From Bacilli bacterium (GTDB taxonomy: Bacteria > Bacillota_I > Bacilli_A > RFN20 > UBA1709), in NCBI GenBank assembly GCA_045600465.1, contig JAZRXY010000028.1, positions 1 through 53,576 on the forward strand: a stretch of 53,576 nt of DNA, in the 5' to 3' direction. A model generated the notes under the pieces. That model ran no database searches. It was not told the origin of the DNA and saw only the letters and a list, made by a program, of their open reading frames with translations. Of this stretch, positions 28,841-38,333 are shown in pieces (position 1 is the first letter of the stretch; every line of letters begins with the position of its first letter). Both the position numbers and the translations under genes were made by a program.

Positions 28841-29298
28841 TTTATGTTTTTGCAAGTAAAGCTGAAAAAGAACAATTAAAAGATTATATTGAAGATAAAA
28901 ATGCCAAAATAATTATCACTGGTATGGGGTTTGGCAATGTTATTAACGCTTTAAAAGATGTTGATAGAAACGAAACGATTGTAAACATTGGCTATTGTGG
29001 GAGCAATAACATTCCTGTCGATACAGTTTGTTCAGTGAAAGAATGTTTTTATTACCATCCTTTTGCAGGAAGATTAAATAAAGAGTTTGAAAGAAAGCTA
29101 AAGCCAAATCCAAAGTATAAAATTGTTGATTGTTATACTTCTGGGGACTTTGTTGTTAGTTGCGATAAAAAAGAACCAATTGTATTTGATATGGAATTAT
29201 TTGCAATTTGTAGTTTTGGTTTTGAAGTAGAAGCTATCAAGATTGTAAGTGATAACTTATTACTTCATGATTATGAACATAAAACATATGGGGATTAA
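28837..29298 (+). CDS. Short nucleoside phosphorylase/MTAN-like protein
   Basis: ITGMG, NIGYCG, TSGDFV, DMELFAI, KIVSD. Confidence 0.65.
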   Translation: MIYVFASKAEKEQLKDYIEDKNAKIIITGMGFGNVINALKDVDRNETIVNIGYCGSNNIPVDTVCSVKECFYYHPFAGRLNKEFERKLKPNPKYKIVDCYTSGDFVVSCDKKEPIVFDMELFAICSFGFEVEAIKIVSDNLLLHDYEHKTYGD

Positions 29299-29301
29299 GA
29301 A

Positions 29302-29610
29302 ATGGACGTTAAAATTAGTGTTGTAAGAAAAGTCGAACATAAAGACTTAATAGAAAAATATGAAAATCCAATTCAACACACATGTGATTTAAAATTGGGG
29401 GATACATTTATTTCTAAGAATGGTAAAAAACCAGAAAATCTATGTGATTCTGCTTGGGAGTCGATGAAATATTTTGTTGAAGTTTTAGCTAATGGCGGTG
29501 GAAACTTCTATGATGGATGGATGAAAAACAAGGAGTCGGCGATGATTTCTTGTAATGATGGATTTAGACCTGTTAGTTTTTATATTGAGACTATAAAAGA
29601 AGGGAAGTAA
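29302..29610 (+). CDS. TIGR04076-family protein
   Basis: KPENLCDSAW..GGGNFYDGWM..MISCNDGFRPVSF. Confidence 0.8.
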   Translation: MDVKISVVRKVEHKDLIEKYENPIQHTCDLKLGDTFISKNGKKPENLCDSAWESMKYFVEVLANGGGNFYDGWMKNKESAMISCNDGFRPVSFYIETIKEGK

Positions 29611-29615
29611 TTAAA

Positions 29616-30332
29616 ATGGGAAAACCAATTGTTGGTGTTGTTGCAAAGATTAGACCAAACTTTGAAAAAGATTACTGGCAACATTTTGTTGAAAACGATC
29701 AAATTAGATATGCTGTTGTAACTCATGGGGGAATTGCAATGGGTATTTTAACAAGTGAACATACACAATCATTTTCTTGGACAGATGAGGGAGATACAAC
29801 AATCTTAACTAAAGAAGAAATTGAAGATCTTCACACTCAAATCGATAAATGCGACGGACTTATTTTACAAGGTGGATTGTTTTCTTGTTCATATGAAGTT
29901 GAAGCAGCAAGATATGCTATTTCAAAAGATATGCCTGTAATGGGATTCTGTGCAGGATTTAATAATATTTTAAGAGCATTAGGGAGTAACGTTGTTTTGG
30001 ATAAAAAATATGGAATGGAAGGGAAACACGATATCTATGATAATGGTTATCGCCATCATATTAGTGTTATTAAAGGCAGTAAACTTTATGATTTAGTAGG
30101 TAGCGAAGACTATCAAGTTAACTCTTTCCATACAATGCTAGCTCCAAAAGAAAATGTTTCTTGTGTTGCAAGTATTAGTGCAACTTCAGATGATGGATTA
30201 GTTGAATGCTTTGAAGCACCTAACAAGAAATTTGTTATGGGTATCAAGTGGCATCCAGAGATTATGTTAGAAGAAAAGTTTACTGATAGATTATTTAGTG
30301 AATTTATTAATAAGTGTAAAGAAGGTAAGTAA
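29616..30332 (+). CDS. Peptidase C26 / gamma-glutamyl-GABA hydrolase family
   Basis: DGLILQGG, GFCAG nucleophile, VNSFH, KWHPE. Confidence 0.85.
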   Translation: MGKPIVGVVAKIRPNFEKDYWQHFVENDQIRYAVVTHGGIAMGILTSEHTQSFSWTDEGDTTILTKEEIEDLHTQIDKCDGLILQGGLFSCSYEVEAARYAISKDMPVMGFCAGFNNILRALGSNVVLDKKYGMEGKHDIYDNGYRHHISVIKGSKLYDLVGSEDYQVNSFHTMLAPKENVSCVASISATSDDGLVECFEAPNKKFVMGIKWHPEIMLEEKFTDRLFSEFINKCKEGK

Positions 30333-30335
30333 AAG

Positions 30336-31268
30336 ATGTTAGCTCTTTATATTGTTTTAGGAGTAATAGTCTTATTTGTAATAATAGAAGCAATAATTGC
30401 TTTCTATTTTGTCGATATTGGATTACATAGAAGACATTCTTTTTCTAAAAAATTAGAGAGCAATATCAGCCTTGATGTTTCTAGTTTTTCCAAAGGGAAA
30501 GAATGGTTAAATGATAAAAATATTGAAGAGGTAACAATAAATTCAAGTAAGGATAACACTTTATTAGCAGGTTATTATTTGAAGGCTAAAAAGGCTAGCC
30601 ATAAATATGTTATTAATGGACATGGCTATCGCGGTAAATATAATGAAACTGCGCCAATATTAAAGTGTTTATATGATAAAGACTTTAATTATTTAATGTT
30701 TGATCAAAGAGGAAATGGAAAGTCCGGATCAAAATATTTAACGATGGGTGCATTAGAAAAATATGATGTGCTTGATTGGATTAATTATATTGTAAAAAAA
30801 GATAAAAAAGCTGAGATTGTAGTTTATGGAATTTCCATGGGTGGAGCAACAGTAATGTTATTAGCAGGATTAAAATTACCTAGCAATGTTAAATGCATTG
30901 TAGAAGATTGTGGATACAATGATATATACGAACAAATGAGCAATTCAGCTAAACTTATGACGAAAATGCCAACCTGTTTAATTATGCCTGCTGCTAATAT
31001 TTTGTGTAGGATTAAACTAGGGTTTAGTTTACATGAATCAACTAAAAAAAGTTTAAAGAATTGTGATATTCCATTCCTTTTTATTCATGGTGATGAAGAT
31101 GATTTTGTTTATCCTTATATGTTAGATAAAAATGAAGAGTCTTTAAAGAAAACTACATATCGAGAAAAGTACCTATTTAAAGGGGCAAAACACGCGTTGA
31201 GTTACGCTAGTGACCCTAAAAAATATACATCTATATTAGTTAATTTTGTTGATAAATTTGTGGAGTAA
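30336..31268 (+). CDS. Membrane-anchored alpha/beta hydrolase (YqkD-like)
   Basis: N-terminal TM, HGY, GISMGG, EDCGY, IHGDED, AKH. Confidence 0.85.
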   Translation: MLALYIVLGVIVLFVIIEAIIAFYFVDIGLHRRHSFSKKLESNISLDVSSFSKGKEWLNDKNIEEVTINSSKDNTLLAGYYLKAKKASHKYVINGHGYRGKYNETAPILKCLYDKDFNYLMFDQRGNGKSGSKYLTMGALEKYDVLDWINYIVKKDKKAEIVVYGISMGGATVMLLAGLKLPSNVKCIVEDCGYNDIYEQMSNSAKLMTKMPTCLIMPAANILCRIKLGFSLHESTKKSLKNCDIPFLFIHGDEDDFVYPYMLDKNEESLKKTTYREKYLFKGAKHALSYASDPKKYTSILVNFVDKFVE

Positions 31269-31270
31269 TT

Positions 31271-32275
31271 ATGAAGAAAAAAAAGTTTAATGCAAACGAT
31301 ATAATAATAGTAGGGTTAACTAAAAGTGTTAATTTTATTAACCTTATTTGGGCTGTGATTAAAATAATTATGGGAGTTTTCACTCCTAACTATTTTCTTG
31401 TTGCTTCAGCGTTATTTACTCTAGAAATTATTGCAACAAGAAGCGTATGTTTAAAAGGATTAAAATCTAACGATCGTGATTTAGATAGAAAATATATGGG
31501 AATAGCAAGTTTGCTTTTAGTATTAGCAGGTTTACTTTATATGTTTTATAGTATGCGATTATTATTTAAGTCAACATCTGTATTAATAGAATTTGGTTTG
31601 TTCCCTTCAATAATTCTTTGTGTAGTTTCATTATTAATGTTAGTAGTAGCGATAAGAGGCATTAAAAAAGTTCAGAAAAACAATCGTTATTATCATATAC
31701 TAAAACACATTGGATTTATTTCTGCGTGTATTGATATTATGATTGCACAAATGATTTTATTATCATATTTGAAATTTGATTTACCAACTAAATACAATGT
31801 ATACCTAAGTTTACTTATAGGATTATTAGCAATAGTGTTTGGAGTCTATAACTTCTTTAGAAGTAGGTATGATAGAAAAAAGAAAAAAAGAGTAATAAAT
31901 ATTGTTGCAAATAAAGGCTTAAAAATCACTTTAGGTAATGAAACAGAGGAATGGATAGCATTTAATGAGAATTTAAGTAAAGGGAAGATAAAAGGTAGAT
32001 TCTTTGGCGAAAAATTTAATAGAATCAGAGCCGAGTTTTATAACGTAAGTGTTAAAGAATATAAATCGCAAAACGAAGAATTTTTTAACTTCTTAAACCA
32101 TATGGATAAATACGATATCGTAACATTGTGGTTTGGTAATAAAATAGAGTCTAGAATAAATTATAAAGCAATATTAGATTGCTTAAGAGAACGTGGGTAT
32201 TATGGAAAGGTTATTTTGAATACAATAGATGAATATCATGGAGATATTTATTCAAGTGTTAATATCGATATTTAA
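31271..32275 (+). CDS. Multi-pass membrane protein with soluble C-terminal domain
   Basis: About 6 hydrophobic segments, then a FNENLSKG..IVTLWFG region (DUF1835-like, tentative). Confidence 0.6.
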   Translation: MKKKKFNANDIIIVGLTKSVNFINLIWAVIKIIMGVFTPNYFLVASALFTLEIIATRSVCLKGLKSNDRDLDRKYMGIASLLLVLAGLLYMFYSMRLLFKSTSVLIEFGLFPSIILCVVSLLMLVVAIRGIKKVQKNNRYYHILKHIGFISACIDIMIAQMILLSYLKFDLPTKYNVYLSLLIGLLAIVFGVYNFFRSRYDRKKKKRVINIVANKGLKITLGNETEEWIAFNENLSKGKIKGRFFGEKFNRIRAEFYNVSVKEYKSQNEEFFNFLNHMDKYDIVTLWFGNKIESRINYKAILDCLRERGYYGKVILNTIDEYHGDIYSSVNIDI

Positions 32276-32335
32276 TTGAAAATAAACACATCAGTGTTTA
32301 TAATATAAATTGCCCTTATAAAGGAGTGAGATAAT

Positions 32336-33232
32336 ATGGCAAAATTCATTATTACAATTGATTCATCTTGCGATTGTCCAATCAGCGAGTTAAATGAAAA
32401 AAATATTCCTGTAATTAGATTTAAATTCTTTGAAGGGGATAAGGTTTTTATTGATGAGATGGACAAGAGCTTCTATAAAACTTTCTATCAACAAATGAGA
32501 GAAGGGCATTCATTTACTACTAGCCAAATTAACCCTGATGAATATAAAGAATTCTTCATGGAACAAATCAAGGAGTTTGGTTCTAAAGAATTGATGCATA
32601 TTTCTTTAACTTCAGGTCTTTCTGGCACAATTAATAGCGCTAGATTAGCTGCCAAGGAAATCATGGAAGAAAATGAAGGATATAACATCAAGATTGTTGA
32701 TGGAAATATTGCATCATTAGGTTCAACAATGATTATGGATTTGGCTGTTGAAGCTAGAGATCAAGGCAAAGGCTTTGAAGAAACCTTTGATTATATTCAA
32801 GATAAGGCAAAGCATATTAATACTTACTACACAACAGATACATTAACCTTCTTTGCTAAAGGTGGAAGATTATCTAAAGCTGCTGCATTTGTAGGCAATG
32901 CTTTCAAGATTTGTCCAATATTAGATTGTAAGATTAATGGAGAACTCGATGTTATCGCGAAGATAAGAACAACAAAGAAAGCTCTTGATTACATCGTTCA
33001 AAAAACAAAAGACACAGTTATTGATCCTAAGAGTCAACTACTATATGTTGTTAATGCTGACAATGAAGAATTAGCAGAGCAATTGGGGAAAAGACTTGTC
33101 GAAGAATGTGGCTTTACAGGATATAGAGTTTATTCAATGGGGCCTATTATTGCTAGCCATGCAGGACCAGGGTTATTAGCTGTGTTCTATTATGGCAAAA
33201 CAAGAGAATTAAATGGTTTATCTAAGGACTAG
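32336..33232 (+). CDS. DegV/FakB fatty-acid-binding protein
   Basis: DSSCD, TTSQ, SGLSGT, KGGR, IASHAGPG. Confidence 0.92.
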   Translation: MAKFIITIDSSCDCPISELNEKNIPVIRFKFFEGDKVFIDEMDKSFYKTFYQQMREGHSFTTSQINPDEYKEFFMEQIKEFGSKELMHISLTSGLSGTINSARLAAKEIMEENEGYNIKIVDGNIASLGSTMIMDLAVEARDQGKGFEETFDYIQDKAKHINTYYTTDTLTFFAKGGRLSKAAAFVGNAFKICPILDCKINGELDVIAKIRTTKKALDYIVQKTKDTVIDPKSQLLYVVNADNEELAEQLGKRLVEECGFTGYRVYSMGPIIASHAGPGLLAVFYYGKTRELNGLSKD

Positions 33233-33244
33233 ATAAACCTTTTT
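33215..33244 (+). terminator. Intrinsic terminator overlapping the degV stop
   Basis: GGTTTATCTA-aggac-TAGATAAACC followed by TTTTT. Confidence 0.65.
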
Positions 33245-33300
33245 GTTTACATTTTTTTACTAATTTATTAAAATTAGTAATAAGGAAAGATGTGATAATA

Positions 33301-33996
33301 ATGACTAGAACAAGATTTATTAATCTTTTGTCGCTTATTTTTAATGTAGCCATCGTTGTGATGGTTATTTATTCTGTTGTATTTATGTTTTTGTATCCAA
33401 GTGCTGGGAATATGGAAGCCGCAGGAATAATAGCTTTAAGATATTTTACTGTTGATTCAAACATTTTAGTGATGTTTACATCACTAATGATAATTCCATT
33501 TAACATCCAAGCTTTAATTAGTGGTGAAGATGAAATTCCTATTTGGGCAATTATTACTAAAGCAGTTGGCACAACAGCAGTTGGTGTTACTTTCTTTACA
33601 GTTATTTTATTTTTAGCACCAGCAACAGGATTTAATTATAAACTATTTTATGAAGATAGTACTTTATATCTACATGGAATCATTCCGCTAGTAGCAATGT
33701 TATCATTTATCTTTTTTGAAAATAAAAGAGATTATGATTGGGAATGGAATATATTTGCTATCGCTCCAACATTTATCTATTCAATCTTTTATTTAATTTT
33801 TGTAGCCTTTAGCAAGACCTGGCCAGACTTCTATGGTTTTACATTCGGGGGCAAGATGTTTATGGCACCAATATCAATGATAGTAATGTATGCTGTGTCT
33901 TTTGGTATAGTAATGGGTTTATGGAAAATAAGAAAGATTATGACAAGAAAATATTACTGGGCTGCATTGCGTAGATTTAGAGATTTAGATGAATAG
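33301..33996 (+). CDS. Integral membrane protein (Pr6Pr/FAR-17a-like)
   Basis: YFTVDSN, LHGIIP, WPDFY; about 6 TM segments. Confidence 0.65.
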   Translation: MTRTRFINLLSLIFNVAIVVMVIYSVVFMFLYPSAGNMEAAGIIALRYFTVDSNILVMFTSLMIIPFNIQALISGEDEIPIWAIITKAVGTTAVGVTFFTVILFLAPATGFNYKLFYEDSTLYLHGIIPLVAMLSFIFFENKRDYDWEWNIFAIAPTFIYSIFYLIFVAFSKTWPDFYGFTFGGKMFMAPISMIVMYAVSFGIVMGLWKIRKIMTRKYYWAALRRFRDLDE

Positions 33997-34008
33997 CAGG
34001 TGATTTAA

Positions 34009-34401
34009 ATGAATTCATTGAAAATAGGATTAGAAACAACTAAAGTTGTAGAAGTAAAACATGAAAACACAGCAATTCCTATGGGAGGAGAAATAGAGGT
34101 TTTTGGGACTCCTTATATGCTAGGACTTGCAGAAGATAGTGCTTGTGGACTAGCTAGAGAATACTTAGATAAAGAATTTACTACAGTAGGAACTTGGGTA
34201 AAAATGAAACACAAAGCTCCAACTCCTATAGGTATGCATATTACTTGTCATACAGTTTTAACAGAAATTGATGGTAATGCTTTAACCTTTATTTCTGAAT
34301 TTAGCGATGAACAAGGTAATGTGGGTAGCGTTGAACATGGTCGCTACATTGTTAACAAAGAAGATTTTACAAAAAAAGCTTTGGGAAAGAAGGTAAAATA
34401 A
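34009..34401 (+). CDS. FlK-type hotdog thioesterase
   Basis: VFGTP..LAE, TVGT..HKAPTPIG, H-R motif. Confidence 0.85.
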   Translation: MNSLKIGLETTKVVEVKHENTAIPMGGEIEVFGTPYMLGLAEDSACGLAREYLDKEFTTVGTWVKMKHKAPTPIGMHITCHTVLTEIDGNALTFISEFSDEQGNVGSVEHGRYIVNKEDFTKKALGKKVK

Positions 34402-35025
34402 ATGAAAGTTATTTTAATTAATGGTAGTCCTAATAAAATGGGCAGCACTCATCGTTGTTTGGTTGAAGTAGAAAAAGAATTAAATAATGCAGGTGTTGAA
34501 ACAGAAATAATCCAAGTAGGACATTTAAAAATAAATGGATGTTTAGATTGTAAATATTGCAGTGAGCATAAAAGATGTGCAATTGACGATATTGTTAATG
34601 AAGTAGCAGAGAAACTAAAAATGGCAGATGGAATAGTAATTGGAAGCCCAGTTTATTATTCATCTCCTAATGGAGCATTAATATCATTTTTAGATAGATT
34701 ATTCCATTCTAGATGTGTAGATTGGAAATTTAAAGTTGGAGCAAGTGTTTGCGTTGCAAGACGTGGAGGCGCAATGTCAACTTTTGATGTTTTAAATAAA
34801 TATTTAACTAAAGATCAAATGGTTATAGTAACTAGCAATTATTGGAATATTGCTTATGGCTGGGATGCAGAAGATGTTGAAAAAGATGCTGAAGGATTAC
34901 AAACCATGAGACTTATCGGAAAAAATATGGCATTTATGATTAAAGCAATTAAAGATGCTAAAGAAAAATATGGGCTACCTAGTCAAGAAACAAAGGCGTG
35001 GACTAGCTTTTTTGGAGAAAAATAA
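34402..35025 (+). CDS. Flavodoxin-like iron-sulfur flavoprotein / NADPH-dependent FMN reductase
   Basis: INGSP, CLDCKYC..C, GSPVYY, RRGG. Confidence 0.88.
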   Translation: MKVILINGSPNKMGSTHRCLVEVEKELNNAGVETEIIQVGHLKINGCLDCKYCSEHKRCAIDDIVNEVAEKLKMADGIVIGSPVYYSSPNGALISFLDRLFHSRCVDWKFKVGASVCVARRGGAMSTFDVLNKYLTKDQMVIVTSNYWNIAYGWDAEDVEKDAEGLQTMRLIGKNMAFMIKAIKDAKEKYGLPSQETKAWTSFFGEK

Positions 35026-36236
35026 TGAAACCATTAGCATATAGAGTTCGTCCAACAAGTTTTGCTGAGGTTATCGGGCAAGATCATCTTATTGGACCAA
35101 AAGGCGTTATAACAAAAATGTTGGAGAAAGACTCTTTAAGTTCTCTTATTTTGTATGGCCCAGTTGGTTCAGGGAAAACTACTATTGCTGAAATAATTGC
35201 TTCAAAATATCCAATGAATGCTTTGTCTTTTAATGCATCTATTGATAACAAAGCTAAGTTAAAAGAGATTGCTGAAAGAGCAGAAAATTATCCTAATACA
35301 ATATGTATCATTGATGAAATTCATCGTTTAAAAAAAGATGTTCAAGATTTCTTACTGCCTTATACAGAATCAGGAAATTTAATAATTATTGGACTAACAA
35401 CTGAGAATCCTTATCGCAGTATTAATCCCGCGGTTAGAAGCAGATGTCATGTTTATCGAATGAATGAAATATCGCAAGAGGATATTGTAAAACTATTAAA
35501 GAATGTAATTAAAAAAGAAAATTATCAAGAAATATCAGATGAAATATTAAATTATATTAGTGTGGTATCTTCTTGTGAAATAAGAACGTCGTTAAACATG
35601 TTAGAAATTGTTAACATGTTAGATAAAGAAGATCTAACGCTAGATAATGTGAAAAAAGTCGTTGGTAAGAAAGTTTTTGCTATTGATGATAAAGGTGAAA
35701 ACTATTATGATGTTGCAAGTGCAATGATTAAATCCATTAGGGGAAGCGACGTGGATGCTGCACTTCATTATTTAGCTAGACTAATTCAAAGTGAAGATAT
35801 TCAATTTATCGGTAGAAGATTACTATGTAGTGCTTATGAAGATGTAGGACTTGGAAATCCTAATGTTGGGCCTAGAGTATATGCAGCAGTCGAAGCTGCT
35901 TTATCGCTTGGGCTTCCTGAAGCTAGATTACCACTTGCTTATGCAGTAGTTGATTTAGCAACATCGCCTAAATCTAATTCATCATATCTAGCGATTAATG
36001 AAGCCTTAAAAGATTTAGAGACATTGAAGTCAATGAAAATACCACCACATATTCTTAATAAGGAATTAAAGAGCGGGAAATATGAATATAAATATCCTCA
36101 TGATTATCCTAGAGGTTATGTTGATCAACAATATATGCCGGATGAATTATTTGGGAAAATTTATTATAAACCTAAAGACACGGGAGCTTATGAAAAAGCT
36201 ATCGCGAAATTTATGAAAGAATTGAAATGGAAATAG
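35025..36236 (+). CDS. rarA: Replication-associated recombination protein A
   Basis: PLAYRVRP, GPVGSGKTT, IDEIHR, TTENP, KSIRGSD, YKYPHDY. Confidence 0.93.
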   Translation: MKPLAYRVRPTSFAEVIGQDHLIGPKGVITKMLEKDSLSSLILYGPVGSGKTTIAEIIASKYPMNALSFNASIDNKAKLKEIAERAENYPNTICIIDEIHRLKKDVQDFLLPYTESGNLIIIGLTTENPYRSINPAVRSRCHVYRMNEISQEDIVKLLKNVIKKENYQEISDEILNYISVVSSCEIRTSLNMLEIVNMLDKEDLTLDNVKKVVGKKVFAIDDKGENYYDVASAMIKSIRGSDVDAALHYLARLIQSEDIQFIGRRLLCSAYEDVGLGNPNVGPRVYAAVEAALSLGLPEARLPLAYAVVDLATSPKSNSSYLAINEALKDLETLKSMKIPPHILNKELKSGKYEYKYPHDYPRGYVDQQYMPDELFGKIYYKPKDTGAYEKAIAKFMKELKWK

Positions 36237-36244
36237 GTGAGTTT

Positions 36245-36775
36245 ATGAAAAAGTTGTATCAAGAGTTTAAAAAGTTTATATCAAGAGGAAATGTTATTGA
36301 ACTTGCAGTAGGCTTAGTTGTAGGTTCTGCTTTCACAGCAATTGTGAATTCATTAGTCAATTCTATTATTATGCCACTTATTTCATTAATTACAGGAGGG
36401 ACAAATCTATCTAGTTTAAAATGGGTAGTAGTTCCTGAAGTTGTTAATGCATCAGGAGAGGTAGTTACTAAAGAAGTTGCTTTTGGCTTTGGGAGTTTTA
36501 TTCAAGCGGTTATCGATTTCTTGTTAATTGCGATTGTCGTTTTCTTTATTATAAAAGCATTTAATGCTGCTAAAGATTTAGCGGATGCAAAAGCTAAAAA
36601 GATTCGTGATGAAATCGAAAAGAAACAAAATAAAGAAAAGAAAGATGAAGAAGAAAAAGCATCAGAAGGAAAAGTAGAAGAAGTAAAAGTAGCAGAAACT
36701 GTCGATGAAAACACCGCATTATTAAAAGAGATAAGAGATTTATTAAAAGAACAAAATAAGAAAGAAGAAAAATAA
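36245..36775 (+). CDS. mscL: Large-conductance mechanosensitive channel
   Basis: EFKKFISRGNVIELAVG, GSFIQAVIDF, LLKEIRDLL. Confidence 0.93.
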   Translation: MKKLYQEFKKFISRGNVIELAVGLVVGSAFTAIVNSLVNSIIMPLISLITGGTNLSSLKWVVVPEVVNASGEVVTKEVAFGFGSFIQAVIDFLLIAIVVFFIIKAFNAAKDLADAKAKKIRDEIEKKQNKEKKDEEEKASEGKVEEVKVAETVDENTALLKEIRDLLKEQNKKEEK

Positions 36776-36776
36776 A

Positions 36777-38165
36777 ATGAATAATCTAACAATGGATTTC
36801 TATGAACTTACAATGGGTCAAGCATATTTTGATTCTCATAAGGAAAAAGAAATAGCATATTTTGATGTTTTCTATAGAAAAGTTCCTGATCAAGGAAGTT
36901 TTGTTATTGCTTATGGAATCAACAAAATTGTTGAATATATTAAGAATTTTCATATTGATGAAAGTGATATTTCTTATTTAAGAAGTTTGAAAGCATTTAG
37001 TGAAGATTTCTTAGATTATTTAAGCAAAGTAAGATTCAGCGGAGATATGTGGTCAGTCGAAGAAGGTAGTGTTATTATTCCTAATGAACCTGTCATTACA
37101 ATTAAAGCTCCAATCATTGAAGCCCAACTATTAGAGACTGCAATCTTAATGTTATTCAATCACAACAGTTTAATTGCAACGAAAGCATATCGTATTGTTC
37201 ATGCTGCCCAAGGTAGAGCAGTTATGGAATTTGGTTCTAGAAGAGCTCATGGTGAAGATGCCGCAGTTGAAGGAGCACTAGCTGCTATAATGGTTGGAGC
37301 AGCAGGTACTGCTTGTACAGAAACTGGGAAAAAATATGGCGTTAAAATATTAGGTACAATGGCTCATGCTTTTGTCCAAAGTTTTGCAAGTGAATATGAA
37401 GCCTTTAAAGCATATGCTACAAGTTTCCCAGATGACTGCACACTGTTAGTTGATACTTATCACACTTTAAATTCGGGCATTCCAAATGCCATTAAGATTC
37501 ATAACGAAATCTTAAAGCCAATGGGCAAAGAGTTAAAAGGAATAAGAATTGATAGCGGTGACCTTGCAATTTTGTCTAGCAAAGCAAGAAAAATGCTTGA
37601 TGATGCAGGGCTAAAAAACACCAAGATTATTGTATCTAACGCTCTTGATGAATTCTTAATTCAATCATTACTTGTTCAAAAGGCTCCCATTGATTCATTT
37701 GGAGTGGGAGAAAAACTTATTACAGCAAGCAGCGAAGCTGTCTTAGGTGGAGTATATAAATTATGTGCTGTTGAAGAAAATGGAAAGATAATACCAAAGA
37801 TAAAAATCAGTGATAACGAAGAAAAAGTCATCAATCCTTCTTTCAAAAAAATATATCGATTATATGATGAAAATGGGCAAATGCTGATTGATATAGTTTC
37901 ACTATATAATGAGGGAGTCCCAAATAATAACTTCAGCATGAAATTAGATTATTGTAGTGCTAGAGACATTAGAGTAAAGATGTTTGAGAATGGTAAATTA
38001 ATTTATAGATTAAAGAATCTAGAAGAAACAAAAGAATACATTCAAAAAGAACTAGCAACATTATCAGAAAGCGCGAAGAGATTGAACTATCCTCAAGTTT
38101 ACAATGCAAGATTAACTGACAAATTATTTGATCTAAAAAAAGAATTAATCGAAAAAGGAAAATAG
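36777..38165 (+). CDS. pncB: Nicotinate phosphoribosyltransferase
   Basis: DFYELTM, EFGSRRAH, GTMAH, LVDTY, RIDSGD, GVYKL. Confidence 0.93.
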   Translation: MNNLTMDFYELTMGQAYFDSHKEKEIAYFDVFYRKVPDQGSFVIAYGINKIVEYIKNFHIDESDISYLRSLKAFSEDFLDYLSKVRFSGDMWSVEEGSVIIPNEPVITIKAPIIEAQLLETAILMLFNHNSLIATKAYRIVHAAQGRAVMEFGSRRAHGEDAAVEGALAAIMVGAAGTACTETGKKYGVKILGTMAHAFVQSFASEYEAFKAYATSFPDDCTLLVDTYHTLNSGIPNAIKIHNEILKPMGKELKGIRIDSGDLAILSSKARKMLDDAGLKNTKIIVSNALDEFLIQSLLVQKAPIDSFGVGEKLITASSEAVLGGVYKLCAVEENGKIIPKIKISDNEEKVINPSFKKIYRLYDENGQMLIDIVSLYNEGVPNNNFSMKLDYCSARDIRVKMFENGKLIYRLKNLEETKEYIQKELATLSESAKRLNYPQVYNARLTDKLFDLKKELIEKGK

Positions 38166-38167
38166 TT

Positions 38168-38196
38168 TTGATAATACATGTTTATTAGTGTATACT
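38168..38196 (+). promoter_or_regulatory. sigma70 promoter of the riboswitch leader
   Basis: TTGATA(38168)-17-TATACT(38191). Confidence 0.7.
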
Positions 38197-38201
38197 AATA
38201 A

Positions 38202-38310
38202 GCGTGGGGAGTAGCAAACAAAGAGTAAGTCGCCATCCCGGAGCAATCCCGGCTTATTCGATCGTAAAGATTTTGCAAGACCATGGCCTTAATTTAGGTT
38301 ATGGTCTTTT
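38202..38310 (+). ncRNA. yybP-ykoY (Mn2+) riboswitch with overlapping terminator
   Basis: GGGGAGTAGC..GTCGCCA..CCGG..GCAAGACC consensus; terminator AAGACCATGGCCT/AGGTTATGGTCTTTT overlaps the P1 3' strand; upstream of a P-type ATPase. Confidence 0.85.
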
Positions 38311-38333
38311 ATTATATTTAGGAGGAACGCCTT

